Below, piece after piece: positions 43,740 through 54,359 of a stretch of 64,000 nucleotides of DNA. Position 1 is the stretch's first letter, and the number at the start of each line of letters is the position of its first letter. The translations under genes and the position numbers were made by a program. The DNA is from an uncultured delta proteobacterium (lineage in GTDB: Bacteria; Desulfobacterota; Binatia; UBA9968), in assembly GCA_963745835.1 (NCBI GenBank), contig CAVUZH010000019.1, positions 192,001 through 256,000 on the forward strand, given 5' to 3'. The notes below the pieces were generated by a model. It did no database searches and was not told the origin of the DNA. It saw only the letters and a program-made list of their open reading frames with translations.

Positions 43740-45005
43740 ATGAACTTCCCATCGGAGCACGACTTTGGGCTGCTGTTGTTTCAGCTCTTCATCATCTTGA
43801 CGGCCGCGCTAAGCCTCGGCGAACTGTTTCGGCGATTCGGTCAAGCGCCGGTCATCGGCGAAGTCACCGCCGGCATTCTGCTCGGCCCTTCAATCCTGGG
43901 AGCGCTTTTTCCCGCGCTATACGGTTCTTTGTTTCCACCTTCTCAAACTCACCTGTTAGGCACGCTCGCGTGGCTCGGCAGTGTTTTTCTGCTCCTGGTT
44001 GCCGGTATCGAAGTTGATCTGGCTGCGATTCTCCGTGAAAGGCGAGTGATTTTTTCGACAAGTTCCTTCAGCATTTTAGTGCCGTTCGCATTGGGATTCG
44101 GCTTTGCCATGGGGCTTCCGGACGGTTATCTGAGAGATCCTTCCCACCGGCTTACTTTCGCTCTTTTTGTTGCCACGGCGCTCTCAATCTCGGCAATCCC
44201 TCTGGTTGCAAAAATTCTGATGGATTTAAATCTCCTGAAGACATCGTTGGGACAAACCATAATAGGTTGCGCGGTGATTAATGATCTCGTCGGATGGATA
44301 TTTTTCGCGATAATTTTGACGATGATCAGTAAAAGCGACGGCAGTGAAATATCCGTAATCGGAATTGCGCTCCTCACTTTGGGTTTCAGCTTCGTGACGC
44401 TCACGGCCGGAAAACACCTGGCACAGCGTCTTTTTGCAGCTTTTCACCGTCGCGGCTTTCCTTACGAGGGAATTTTGGGACTGGCTGTCCTGGTAGCATT
44501 TTTTTGCGCCGCGGTGACGCAGTGGATCGGCATTCACGCTATCTTCGGCGCGTTTCTGGCAGGCGTGATGATTGGCGAGACCGGCGAGATCATCAACAGC
44601 ACGCGAGAGACGTTGCGCAATGTTTCCTTCTACGTCTTCTCGCCGGTGTTCTTCGCTTCAATGGGATTACAGGCAAACTTTATCGCCAATTTCGACTGGC
44701 TCCTGGTCGGTAGCACGATCGCTCTAGCCTGTATCGGTAAAGTGAGCGGCGCCACCTTGGGCGCGATTGTCGCCGGTAGGCCGCGCCCCGAGGCGCTGAC
44801 CATCGGCTTCGGGCTTTTACCACAGGGGGCCATGGGGATGATTCTGGCCTTTTTGGCCTTACAATACGGATTAATCAGTGACCCAATTTTCGTTGCGCTC
44901 CTGCTTGCGGCCATCGCTACTTCTGTACTTGCAGGACCGCTCATCCAGGCCATGGCCCCGGCGTTGAAACGGACACTGAGAGCACATGAAGGACAAACTA
45001 AATGA
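43740..45005 (+). CDS. Cation:proton antiporter (CPA2)
   Basis: GQAPVIGEVTAGILLGPS, AVINDLVGW, GIHAIFGAFLAG and PVFFASMG motifs. Confidence 0.92.
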   Translation: MNFPSEHDFGLLLFQLFIILTAALSLGELFRRFGQAPVIGEVTAGILLGPSILGALFPALYGSLFPPSQTHLLGTLAWLGSVFLLLVAGIEVDLAAILRERRVIFSTSSFSILVPFALGFGFAMGLPDGYLRDPSHRLTFALFVATALSISAIPLVAKILMDLNLLKTSLGQTIIGCAVINDLVGWIFFAIILTMISKSDGSEISVIGIALLTLGFSFVTLTAGKHLAQRLFAAFHRRGFPYEGILGLAVLVAFFCAAVTQWIGIHAIFGAFLAGVMIGETGEIINSTRETLRNVSFYVFSPVFFASMGLQANFIANFDWLLVGSTIALACIGKVSGATLGAIVAGRPRPEALTIGFGLLPQGAMGMILAFLALQYGLISDPIFVALLLAAIATSVLAGPLIQAMAPALKRTLRAHEGQTK

Positions 45006-45029
45006 GGCTCGGAATTCCGATACACAACC

Positions 45030-45385
45030 GGCGAGCAGATTAAGAGAGAAGGTGATCGAACAGTTTGATGTCTCTACTCGACAGGTCTCATATGGCAAAA
45101 GACGTGCTTGTCGATGCTGTCTTGGCGTGGGATCTTTTGAAACCGGGCGGATACATTATCTTCGACGACTACAACTGGTATGGGCCTCGATCGCGGCTCG
45201 TCCCGAATTTCACGCCTAAACTCGCTGTGGACGCATTCGTAAAGATCTTCGACCCATATCTGGAGCTGATACACAAAGATTATCAGTTAGTAGTTCGAAA
45301 GACGATGAACCCTGATAACGTCGCACTCGACACCTACAAACAGCTTCGCCCCGTCGTCATTGAGCTCCAGCAAGCGCTTAGATGA
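45030..45385 (+). pseudogene. C-terminal remnant of a class I SAM methyltransferase (Methyltransf_24-like)
   Basis: FDV / DRSHMAKDVLVDAVLAWDLLKPGGYIIFDDYNW resembles FD.IYIDGSH...LKPGG..IFDDY; the N-terminal SAM-binding half is missing. Confidence 0.7.
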
Positions 45386-45562
45386 CAAGATCTACCTGTA
45401 AACTCCCGAAGAATCTTGTACTTATTGTCAGCTAGGTTTCGGTGATTCGCCGATAGCTAATAAAATCTCTGGCGGCGACCCGTCCGCGTGGTTCCAGCAC
45501 ACACGCCCTCTGTCAATGCCCATAGCTCCAGGGTCCCCAGCCGCCCTCGCTTGTCACCGTGC

Positions 45563-46468
45563 TTACACGTTGATATCAACGAGATCAGTCGCGCAGGGGG
45601 CGGTCTCTAGGAAATCCCAGCTCTTCATCCATTCGTAGGTGCGTTGGAGCTCGTCGGCCGGAATCGGCGCAGGATCGACCAGATAGAGGCGGCTCTCGCG
45701 CAGATCGTTGACGGTGAGCTGACTGATCTGCGGATCTTTATCGCGATAGTAGTCGATGAAGTAGTGCATATAGGCGCGCTTGTTAGCCATGATGCGCCGG
45801 ACGGCTTCGCGAATCGCGCGGTTAAAGGCGGCGTAAGTTTCGCCATCTACACGATCGGACGCGACGTCGGTGCCGTGGTGGAAAGCCGAGATGACGACAC
45901 GGCAGCCCATTTTCTCCGCCAGCGAAATGTACGGTTCCGTCAGAGTCGTCGCTTCGATAGTCTTGTCCATGAGCATTTTGAAGCGGTAGTTCGAGCCGTT
46001 CGGCACGCGGCCGATTTTGATCAGCTCGCGCGGCACGAAGCCTTCGAGCATCTGCAAGCAGAGGTAATGCGTGCCGCTGTACATCGGCACGCCGATCTGG
46101 ACGTTGGCGAATTGTTGCGGCACCTGCACGGGCGAGTCTGCGCGAACGATGATGCCGGCAAAATTCACCATCGATCGACGGCCAACCTGGCGGCTGCCGA
46201 CGTTGGTGGTTTCAACGCGCGAGAAATTGCCCCATTCGCAAGCGTTGTAGAGGTCAGCCTGGCCTGATTCCATCATGCGCCCGTGGCTGGTATAGCGAGA
46301 GGCGTCCTTATGATCCGTGATATGCAACTCGGGGCTTTTGTCGAGGCCCTTCTCGCGGTCCATCCACTCAATCTGGATGCCTTCTTTTTCGAACAGACCC
46401 TCGTCATAGGCGACGAGCTCGGCCAAGCCTTGAAATGGCGCAGTGGTTTCCAATCGCAGTGTCTTCAT
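45563..46468 (-). CDS. ABC SBP-like (PBP2 fold) protein without obvious signal peptide
   Basis: VAYDEGLFEKEGI and ATTLTEPY motifs; GAGG RBS. Confidence 0.75.
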   Translation of the reverse strand: MKTLRLETTAPFQGLAELVAYDEGLFEKEGIQIEWMDREKGLDKSPELHITDHKDASRYTSHGRMMESGQADLYNACEWGNFSRVETTNVGSRQVGRRSMVNFAGIIVRADSPVQVPQQFANVQIGVPMYSGTHYLCLQMLEGFVPRELIKIGRVPNGSNYRFKMLMDKTIEATTLTEPYISLAEKMGCRVVISAFHHGTDVASDRVDGETYAAFNRAIREAVRRIMANKRAYMHYFIDYYRDKDPQISQLTVNDLRESRLYLVDPAPIPADELQRTYEWMKSWDFLETAPCATDLVDINV

Positions 46469-46886
46469 AGATCCTCTCCGTGGGGCGTTAGTTAATTATA
46501 TTCTATACAATGGCTGGCGATCTAACTTCTGTCAAACGCCCTCATGTGGAGAAAGCTCATCGCGATCCCGCTGGACGCTTAACGTAATCCCAATCCGATG
46601 CCGGCGCGAAAACTAGTACTTTCTAGCTAACGAACTGATCAAGCAGTGCAGCACCGATTGCCCATTGCTCAATAACAACCGACTAGGAGAAAGACCAGCG
46701 GTTTGCTGTTACAAAACTTCTATTTGAGCGTAACTTCTGCCTCAGCGAAGCTGACGTTTTTGTCCAGAATCTTCTTTGTCATGACTTTCCTTCCGTAGAG
46801 ACAACCTCTCCTACCGTGGCATATTGCTTGCTCACAAGCAGTTGTCCGCCAGGATATTTACGAGATCAAACGACAAAGAGGTTGCT

Positions 46887-47423
46887 ATGGCAGCTGAAGA
46901 AACCAGACACGATTTGTGGCTCAAAAGAATTAATACGTGGATTGCGATTCTTGGGGGCTCAGTCGCCTCGGTCGCCGGAACCTACAATTTTCTTCCCTCT
47001 TTCTTTCCGCCTGCTCCCGGCCACATCGCGGCTGTCGTCCGCGAGCAAGGTGGAACTCCGGTCCCGCGCGCGCATGTGGAGCTTTTAAGTTCGGACAATG
47101 TTTTGCTCGCTACCTCTGAGACGGATCGCAACGGCCGCTTCATCAGAAAGGACCTCGAGGCCGGCAGTTACATTGTGAAGGTAAGCAGGGCAGCCTTTGA
47201 GCCGCAGACTGCGAAAGTGAGCATCGCTTCCAAAAAGACCACGGATCTGGATTTAGTTTTAAGATCGCGAAGCCGCGCTCAAGTCCCCAACACTCCCCAA
47301 CCAGCGGCCATTTCGAATCCGCAACCGGCGGCCATTTCGCAGCCTGACGGCAGTGCCATTCGCTCGGCGCTCGAAGAGACCGGCGCCGCCTGGATTAAGA
47401 ATCTCAGCAACCCCCGAAGGTAA
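46887..47423 (+). CDS. Membrane-anchored carboxypeptidase-regulatory-like (Cna-B fold) domain protein
   Basis: N-terminal TM helix; G.P.P.A.V.L...TDRNGRF...L.AGSY.V.VS; internal PQPAAIS x2 repeat (~47295-47340). Confidence 0.75.
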   Translation: MAAEETRHDLWLKRINTWIAILGGSVASVAGTYNFLPSFFPPAPGHIAAVVREQGGTPVPRAHVELLSSDNVLLATSETDRNGRFIRKDLEAGSYIVKVSRAAFEPQTAKVSIASKKTTDLDLVLRSRSRAQVPNTPQPAAISNPQPAAISQPDGSAIRSALEETGAAWIKNLSNPRR

Positions 47424-47820
47424 AACTCAAATGCCGAAAGTACGGCAATGCATTTTTTGCCACTGCTAAGCTTCTCTTAACTTTACAACGCGTCCTCTCG
47501 TTGTACTCTGCTATCCTCCGGATAGGTCCAATCACAGGGCAGAAACGATTATTCGCCCCACTGTTAGAATTCAATCAGAACATCTTATCTTGATCGTCCT
47601 CGTACCTAGAGAAAGATTCGTCGCGGACTCCATCCTGAGCTTGCAGGCTGGAAAGAAGAGTTAAAAACAAGCTAACAATTCATAGTTGACCGAACACTCA
47701 GATGGTTCGGAGGAATAATCAGTGCTGCTGCGCTGACCGAAAACGGTAGCCGGGGCCGACATAGCGGCGACAACGCATGGCGCATTACGAAGCTGGATTG
47801 TAGGCTTCATTTCCTGTAAC

Positions 47821-47866
47821 GAATTGAACTGAGCGCAGCGGTTGAACGGGTGCAACGGTTTGAGCA
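47821..47866. repeat. Copy of the TTGAAC/9-bp repeat family
   Basis: TTGAACTGAGCGCAGCGGTTGAACGGGTGCAACGGTTTGAGC resembles the right arm of 5566-5608. Confidence 0.55.
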
Positions 47867-47888
47867 AATTCCTATAAAGACTGGAGGC

Positions 47889-48650
47889 ATGCAGATGCGG
47901 GAAGCCCAGCAAATCAGTCGCCGAACGTGGTTGGCCCAAGTCGCCTTGGGCGGTTTCGCAGTATGGAGCGAGCTCAATTTCGGCCTGGGACGGAAAGGAT
48001 GGAGTGTGGCTATCGGCGGCAGCGAACTCGCTAGCGGCATCGCTCACGCTCAGAACCGGGAACCGGCCAAAGCCCTTCAAGTCAACCTCGGCTTCGTCAA
48101 CGCATACGTCCTCATCCGCGGTAAGGAGGCAGCGGTCGTCGATACCGGTACGGCTGGCAATGCGTCGAAGATCGCCGATGTCGTTCGCACAGGCGGCCTG
48201 AGTTGGGACGCGGTGCAGCATGTGATGCTAACTCACTATCATCCCGATCACATCGGCAGCGTCGGGGAGGTACTGGCGGCGGCGAATAAGGCGACGGCGT
48301 ACGCAGGCGCAGCGGACATCCCGCAGATCAAATCGCCGCGCCCGCTCAAAGCTGTCGGCGACAACGATGAAGTGTTCGGTTTGCGCGTGATCGCCACGCC
48401 CGGTCACACGCCGGGTCACATCTGCGTGTTCGATCCGGCTGGCTCGCTGCTCATTCTCGGCGATGCCATGAACCACACCGGCAACAAACTCGCTGGCCCG
48501 AATCCCCAGTACACTACCGACATGGCCGAGGCGCATCAGAGTGTGAAGAAAGTGGCGAAACTCGAGTTCCAGCGCGCCGTCTTCGGCCATGGCGAACCGA
48601 TCGAGAACAACGCATCACAGGCGATCGCCAAGCTGGCCGGCACTCTCTGA
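47889..48650 (+). CDS. MBL-fold metallo-hydrolase with Tat-like signal
   Basis: SRRTWL; THYHPDHIG, TPGHTPGH, GDA and FGHG motifs; GGAGG RBS. Confidence 0.9.
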   Translation: MQMREAQQISRRTWLAQVALGGFAVWSELNFGLGRKGWSVAIGGSELASGIAHAQNREPAKALQVNLGFVNAYVLIRGKEAAVVDTGTAGNASKIADVVRTGGLSWDAVQHVMLTHYHPDHIGSVGEVLAAANKATAYAGAADIPQIKSPRPLKAVGDNDEVFGLRVIATPGHTPGHICVFDPAGSLLILGDAMNHTGNKLAGPNPQYTTDMAEAHQSVKKVAKLEFQRAVFGHGEPIENNASQAIAKLAGTL

Positions 48651-48941
48651 GGATTCATCAAGATCGAGTTATTGGTGCAACGGAAGTTCCTTTTAATAGT
48701 CTCACGAGAGAGTGCTCTAGGTTTCGCCTTCTCCAATGAGACCATGAATCACGACGCGATTTCTGTGACCGCGCCAGCTCGCCGCGGAATGGAAGCCCGT
48801 GCTAAAGCAAGTGAAGCATTCATTTGCGCTTTTGACACCGGTGGGAACTTTTTCCGGCCGCGCGTACCTGGAGTAATTCGACACTATGGAAGCTGCTTCC
48901 GGCGATCGGGGCAGTGAGGCCTTAACCCAATGGAGGCGATC

Positions 48942-49130
48942 ATGCGATTCATCAGACCCTTATATTTACTTCTGGCGACTGTCCTGCTAAGCGGTTGCGT
49001 TCTCACCAAGCTTGTGAGTGTGCCGATGCGAGTGGTCGGCGCAGTCGTTTCCATCATTCCCGTGGCTGGCAACGTCGCCCATGACGGCATCGACGAGGTC
49101 GCCGACGGCGTCGATAATTTGCCCATTTAG
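48942..49130 (+). CDS. Small lipoprotein (DUF6726-like)
   Basis: LLSG-CVLTKLVSVPMRVVGAVVSIIPVAG; GGAGG RBS. Confidence 0.75.
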   Translation: MRFIRPLYLLLATVLLSGCVLTKLVSVPMRVVGAVVSIIPVAGNVAHDGIDEVADGVDNLPI

Positions 49131-49164
49131 GTGAGCAGCCATACTGTGCAGGCCCCCGACCATC

Positions 49165-49290
49165 TCGCTCCACCCGGCGTACAGGTGGTCCAAGGGCTCA
49201 AGTTCGCTTTTTGTGTCCGATACCCCTCCGGCGCCCAGAGGGTTTTTATGAATATAGCGGACCACCGATAAAAAATATTCCTCAGGGGGG
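49165..49290 (-). mobile_element. Remnant of a REP-associated/IS200-like Y1 tyrosine transposase
   Basis: EEYFLSVVRYIHKNPLGAG matches the catalytic-Tyr helix motif YIHxNPxxAG; the rest of the gene is absent. Confidence 0.6.
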
Positions 49291-49519
49291 CTGCACAAAT
49301 TCCCCCTCAGACAAGCAACCTGATCGCGGGAAGGTTAAACGGCTACGGCTGGTTAGTTAGATGGGTGCCGGTTTTGTCTAGGGACGCGATCCAAACTCTA
49401 CTAGGTGCTTCACCGACTTCCGATTTCACGGAAAGAATGGATCGAAATCAGTGTGACAGCGAAGCTTCGGACGCCTTGATTGTCATGCGACGAGACGCCG
49501 ATCCAGAAAGGAAGTGTCC

Positions 49520-50632
49520 ATGGCACAAAATAGTGACGTGCGATTAGCCGTTCTCTCGCCTGGTGATCGTGAAGCGAGGCGGAACGCAACCGCCGAGAAT
49601 AGCCGGTTCGCAGATTTGTTCAGGGCCTTTGCTGGCAGGGGGATTCATGTCGAGCCCGCGATCTATCACGATGATTTCTGCGAGAAGGTTCGAGAGCAGC
49701 TCATGCGGGTTGACGGCGTTCTGGTATGGGTCAATCCGATTGAAGGAAGGCAGGACAGATCCGTGCTCGATTCTATGCTTCGGGATGTTGCCGCCGCTGG
49801 TGTATTTGTCAGCGCCCATCCCGAGGTCATCCTAAAGCTAGGGACAAAGGAGGTTCTGTATCGCACGCTTAATCTCGGATGGGGCTGCGACACAGATCTA
49901 TACGCCAGTTTGGATGAGATGGTTCAAAAGCTGCCTTTGCGGCTGGCAACCGGCAAGGCCAGAGTCCTCAAGCAGCATCGCGGCAATGGTGGAAACGGCG
50001 TATGGAAAGTTCAACTGGCGATAGACGACTTTGCCAATCGAACAGACGCCGATTCCGCTGCGTTGCCGCAGCCTGAAACCGTCATTCGTGTACGACATGC
50101 TTTACGTGGTTGCAGCGAAGAGGAAATCAAGCTCGGCGAATTTTATCATCGCTGCGAGCCTTACTTTTACGCTGACGGCCTGATGATTGATCAAGAGTAT
50201 CAAGAGCGTCTGCCGGAAGGCATGATTCGCTGCTACCTCGTGCATGACACCGTAGCGGGTTTTGGCCATCAGGCTATCAACGCGCTATTTCCCGCGCCCT
50301 CCGGCGCGCCTTCAACCGAAGCGCCCCCGCCCGGGCCGCGTTTATACCATCCGCCGTCCATGCCTGCTTTCCAGACTGTCAAAAGCAAGCTGGAGCAGGA
50401 GTGGGTGCCGTCAGCGCAGCGGCTGCTGGGCATCGAGACTGAAGATCTTCCTATTCTCTGGGATTGCGATTTCCTGCTCGGTTCAAAGGGCGACAATGGC
50501 GAAGATCGCTATGTATTATGCGAAATCAACGTCAGCAGCGTTGCGCCGTATCCTGAATCTGCGGTGCCTTACATAGTCGATGCAGCCGTTGCGCGGGTGC
50601 GGGCAGCGAGACAAAGACGCCGTCCTGAGTGA
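49520..50632 (+). CDS. Cj0069/DUF6815-like ATP-grasp-fold protein
   Basis: DGVLVWVNP, KLGTKEVL, RVLKQHRGNGGNGVWKV, WDCDF and LCEINVS motifs. Confidence 0.8.
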   Translation: MAQNSDVRLAVLSPGDREARRNATAENSRFADLFRAFAGRGIHVEPAIYHDDFCEKVREQLMRVDGVLVWVNPIEGRQDRSVLDSMLRDVAAAGVFVSAHPEVILKLGTKEVLYRTLNLGWGCDTDLYASLDEMVQKLPLRLATGKARVLKQHRGNGGNGVWKVQLAIDDFANRTDADSAALPQPETVIRVRHALRGCSEEEIKLGEFYHRCEPYFYADGLMIDQEYQERLPEGMIRCYLVHDTVAGFGHQAINALFPAPSGAPSTEAPPPGPRLYHPPSMPAFQTVKSKLEQEWVPSAQRLLGIETEDLPILWDCDFLLGSKGDNGEDRYVLCEINVSSVAPYPESAVPYIVDAAVARVRAARQRRRPE

Positions 50633-50927
50633 TTCTTCTTCCCGAATAAGATTGCCTCGCATCGAGGATTGAAGCTCGCGTCGAGTCTCGTTTAACTGCG
50701 CATGCCGAAAACCATTGACCATAGATCTCCATCAGCAACCGAAATGATTCGCCATGAATGTAGGCATGACACATTCCAGATGTCGCGAGATACCGAGGTC
50801 AGCGCCAGTCTGACGAACAACGCGATGCTGTCCGGCCAAAACAGTTCGCGGCAAAACAAATCAATACGACATTCTGATAGCGGTGTCGTCCGCGGCAACG
50901 AACCCAATGGACGGCCGTCTAAAGTCC

Positions 50928-52163
50928 TCAGCCGACCGGCTGCGTGCGGTCCACGGGCGTGCCGCGCAGGATTACCGTCAAGATCCGTCGCGTATTGGTG
51001 ATGTCGTCCAGCGGGTTTGCATCCAGGACGATGAAGTCGGCGCTCTTTCCGGCCTGCAGGGTGCCGGCGTCGGCGAGCCTGAGAAACTCGGCCGAATTGC
51101 GCGTAGCCGCAACGATGACCTGCATCGGCGTCATTCCAGCCATGACCATGTCCAACATCTCTTCGTGCGGACCCCACGGGCGATTGCCGTCCGTTCCGAG
51201 AACGATGCGAACGCCTGCCGCATTGAGCTTCGCCAGATTGCGCGCCTGGATCCCGTAGAGGGCCTGCACTTTGGGCCGGTCTGTGTTAGCCGCTTCGAGC
51301 TTCTTGAACTCGTCTTGCGGAAGGCTGGCGCGCAGCCAGCTTATGTCCGCTTTTACGCCTCGATCCGGCAGGTTCGGCGTGAGAACCAGGTTCGGACGCT
51401 GCTTGAACATGGCCACTAATTCGTCATCGATGTCCCTGTCGCGAATGCCGTGCGCGAACGCGTCGACGCCGGCACGGATCAGCCCCTTCGCATCCTCGAG
51501 TTCGAAGATGTGCGCGGTGACCCGGAGCCCGCGCTTATGCGCCTCGTCAATAATGGGGCTATATATTTCAGGGGTGAGCTTCTTGTACTTACCGTCTCGA
51601 TCATCGACCCAGATTTTAACGATGTCGACCTTGTGCGCCGCGAGCTCCTCAACCGCTTTCCGGCCTTCCGCCGCGCTCGTCACCCAGTAAGGCACTTTTG
51701 TTCGCCCCGGCTCGGGCATCGTGATGCCGCGCCCGGCGCTGCGATACCGAGCGGCCCCGGCGATCGTCTGGCTGTGCAGGTCGAGCACTTCGTAGCCGTC
51801 GGTGCCGAGACTGAGCACAGCGCTGACGCCGTAGTAAGTGCGCATTCTCAAGTCGCGGATGACCGCCTCGCGCGTGTCACTGAGATGGACGTGAGTGTCG
51901 ACTATCATCGGCATCACGGTCTTGCCGGCGAGATCCACGCGGGTGGCGCCAGCCGGCACACGAACGTCGGCCGCCCGGCCGACCTGCGCGAGTTTTGCAT
52001 CCTGCACGACCAATGTCGCGTTCTCGATGACTTGCCCGTCACCGATGATCAATCGGGCGCGTTCGTATGCGGTGACGGACGGCTCGGACACCGGCACCGC
52101 GCACCCGGCAAGAAAACCACAGATGATCAGTGCCGCAACTGCGATCAATTTCGCTCGGTGCAT
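50928..52163 (-). CDS. Amidohydrolase family lipoprotein (HutI-like fold)
   Basis: Lipobox LAG-C; DTHVH, VKIW, AHI, AHG, GTD and G.LQAGKSADFIVL motifs. Confidence 0.9.
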   Translation of the reverse strand: MHRAKLIAVAALIICGFLAGCAVPVSEPSVTAYERARLIIGDGQVIENATLVVQDAKLAQVGRAADVRVPAGATRVDLAGKTVMPMIVDTHVHLSDTREAVIRDLRMRTYYGVSAVLSLGTDGYEVLDLHSQTIAGAARYRSAGRGITMPEPGRTKVPYWVTSAAEGRKAVEELAAHKVDIVKIWVDDRDGKYKKLTPEIYSPIIDEAHKRGLRVTAHIFELEDAKGLIRAGVDAFAHGIRDRDIDDELVAMFKQRPNLVLTPNLPDRGVKADISWLRASLPQDEFKKLEAANTDRPKVQALYGIQARNLAKLNAAGVRIVLGTDGNRPWGPHEEMLDMVMAGMTPMQVIVAATRNSAEFLRLADAGTLQAGKSADFIVLDANPLDDITNTRRILTVILRGTPVDRTQPVG

Positions 52164-52495
52164 GAAACCTCCTGAATACGATACTGAGGACGATCATTGA
52201 GTGAGCGGCCATCGACCGACCGCAAAAAACCTCTGCGCCTAATCTCGTATGAGGTTGCAATTCGCAACCCGAAAATATCCTCCGCCTCGCCCAACCTGTC
52301 AAGATGTTGTGAACGCGGCGGAATACCAAAGACTTCATGAATGATCCCGCGGAAAATGTCCAGCAAAGGACTGCGCGCATGCGGCTCGATTAAGCGAACC
52401 GATTTCACGCAAGATATTCGCTAAGCCTTCGGATAGGTGTCCGTTATGAAATGTTCTCCGTGGAATGACGCGTTGCGCTGTCTCGACATAATCAG

Positions 52496-53257
52496 TCATT
52501 TCATATTCGCCAGGAGCTTTCCCCAACCTTGCACCGGCGGGATGATGCCGGGGCGCACGAGATCGTTCCATACTTCAGCGCTCATGTTGGTAAAAGTCGG
52601 TTTGCCATATTCTTCCTCTATCGCAGGGATGACGTGCAGTGACATGGCGGCGCCGCCGGGCACCGAGATCGCTTCTGCGTCGGGCCAGGTTGTTGCCGCT
52701 TCACGGCCGACATCGAGGGCCATTTCCAAGCCTTGTTCCAAAGTCATGGCAAAGGAGTCCGATGCCCACTGGTTTCGTTTGGTGATGCCGACGACCTGGA
52801 GCCCGGCAGCCTCGAGATACCGTTTGATTGCCTCGTTGACAGGATCCGCCCAGCGGCTGCCGATCGCGAGCTTCGTCAATTCAAGATGATTCATGGCGGC
52901 AATCAGCGCCTCGAGCGGAGCGTCGGCAGATACTCCGGTTCTTTCTTTCGTTTCGCGCAGCAATTCGAGCACCCTCGGGCGGGTCAGCATCGCGGAAATA
53001 GGCGCGCCGCTGAAGATGATATGATCGACCTTCTCTTTCACCAGCCGGTCGACACAGGTCCAGTAATTCTGAATCGCCTTCTCGACGCCTTCTTTCGTAT
53101 AATTCTCGAGCCCGAGCCCCGTGGAGATCTCGATAAAATCGAGGGGCAAGAGCCGATAGAGCTGATAGCTTCGCGCGCGCTGTACTTCTTCGTGGGCGCG
53201 CGGCTGGATCACTCCGTAACGAAAACGCGGCAGAAGTTTATTCACGTAGTCGGTCAT
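52496..53257 (-). CDS. Maleate isomerase/arylmalonate decarboxylase (Asp/Glu racemase superfamily)-like protein
   Basis: Family layout (G.I.P...; ..N......YLE..G..V; IEEEYGKP.FT) is present but the catalytic Cys positions are not. Confidence 0.7.
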   Translation of the reverse strand: MTDYVNKLLPRFRYGVIQPRAHEEVQRARSYQLYRLLPLDFIEISTGLGLENYTKEGVEKAIQNYWTCVDRLVKEKVDHIIFSGAPISAMLTRPRVLELLRETKERTGVSADAPLEALIAAMNHLELTKLAIGSRWADPVNEAIKRYLEAAGLQVVGITKRNQWASDSFAMTLEQGLEMALDVGREAATTWPDAEAISVPGGAAMSLHVIPAIEEEYGKPTFTNMSAEVWNDLVRPGIIPPVQGWGKLLANMK

Positions 53258-53321
53258 AAGCAGCTCCTTGAGATTCTTGGTCGATGCGACGCCGGATACC
53301 TAGCGAGCCTTAAGTTTCCTT

Positions 53322-54359
53322 CTATTTCTCGTGCAACCGTTTGACGAAACCGCTCGCCTCGATTTCCCGCGCGATCTTGTACGAGACGAATTGTTCCGGA
53401 TCGGCGTTCTTCGCCGCCGGCGTGGTGCTTGAAAGCTCCGTCAGAATGGTACGAATTCCCTCCAGTGTTGGGATCGGCATCGCCAGATATTTTTCCGCGA
53501 TTTCATTGTAGTTATGCTCCAGCACCTCGCGATCGTCGGTCCGGGTATATTTTTTCAGCACCGCCAAGGCCGCTTCTTTATTGCGCTTGAAGTCATGGAT
53601 CGCCTCGATGTAGGCGAGCATGAATCCTTTTACCGTCGTTTCGTTTTTTTGCAGATAAGATTTGGTGGTGCCGATGGCCGACGTCGGATAATCGAGGCCC
53701 AGATCCGCGAGGTCCCCCAGTTCGCGAAAGCCCGATTTGCGCGCGATCAGCGAGGATGTGCCGCTCGTCACCCCGGCGTCAAGCATTTTGGCCTGTAAGG
53801 CGCGTGCCGTGTCCTGGGATGTGCCGATTTGAAGAATATTGACGTCGCGCTCCGGGTTCAGCCCCCATTTTTTAAGCGCCAGCCGGATCGCAAAATCGGA
53901 TGTCGCACCGTAGCGGCTGACGCCCAATTTCTTGCCCTTGAGCTGCAAGGGAGTGGAGATTTCCGGCGCACTGAAGACCTTGAAAACAAATCCATTAATG
54001 AGAGCAGCGATGAGAACGGTGTCGGCGCCTTGCAATGCCGCTTGCACCAGACCGGAGCCGGAAAGCGAGGCAATTTGCAGATCTTTAGCGATCAGCGCCC
54101 GCAACGACACTGACCCGGTACCCATACCGACCAGCACCACGTCGAGACCGTGCTTCTCGAATAATTTGGTCTCCTTGGCAAACCCCAATACCGCAACACC
54201 GCCATCCGTAGAACCATAGCCGATGACCACTTTAACGAGCGGCTTGGCCTGGCCCCCCAACGCGCTCGGCGTTTGGACGCAAAGAAAAAGAATGACAAGC
54301 GCTGCGAGCAATAATCCATGAAGACGCTGCGGCAGTCGTCCGAAGCGAGAGATGGTCAT
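53322..54359 (-). CDS. ABC substrate-binding protein (SsuA/NMT1-like)
   Basis: FEKHGLDV, LKGKKLGVSRYG and EIEASGFVKRL motifs. Confidence 0.88.
   Translation of the reverse strand: MTISRFGRLPQRLHGLLLAALVILFLCVQTPSALGGQAKPLVKVVIGYGSTDGGVAVLGFAKETKLFEKHGLDVVLVGMGTGSVSLRALIAKDLQIASLSGSGLVQAALQGADTVLIAALINGFVFKVFSAPEISTPLQLKGKKLGVSRYGATSDFAIRLALKKWGLNPERDVNILQIGTSQDTARALQAKMLDAGVTSGTSSLIARKSGFRELGDLADLGLDYPTSAIGTTKSYLQKNETTVKGFMLAYIEAIHDFKRNKEAALAVLKKYTRTDDREVLEHNYNEIAEKYLAMPIPTLEGIRTILTELSSTTPAAKNADPEQFVSYKIAREIEASGFVKRLHEK

Noticed and set aside
46720-46782. Tiny minus-strand ORF MTKKILDKNVSFAEAEVTLK with a purine-rich upstream region
   Set aside because: Only 20 codons with no recognisable homology; cannot be supported.
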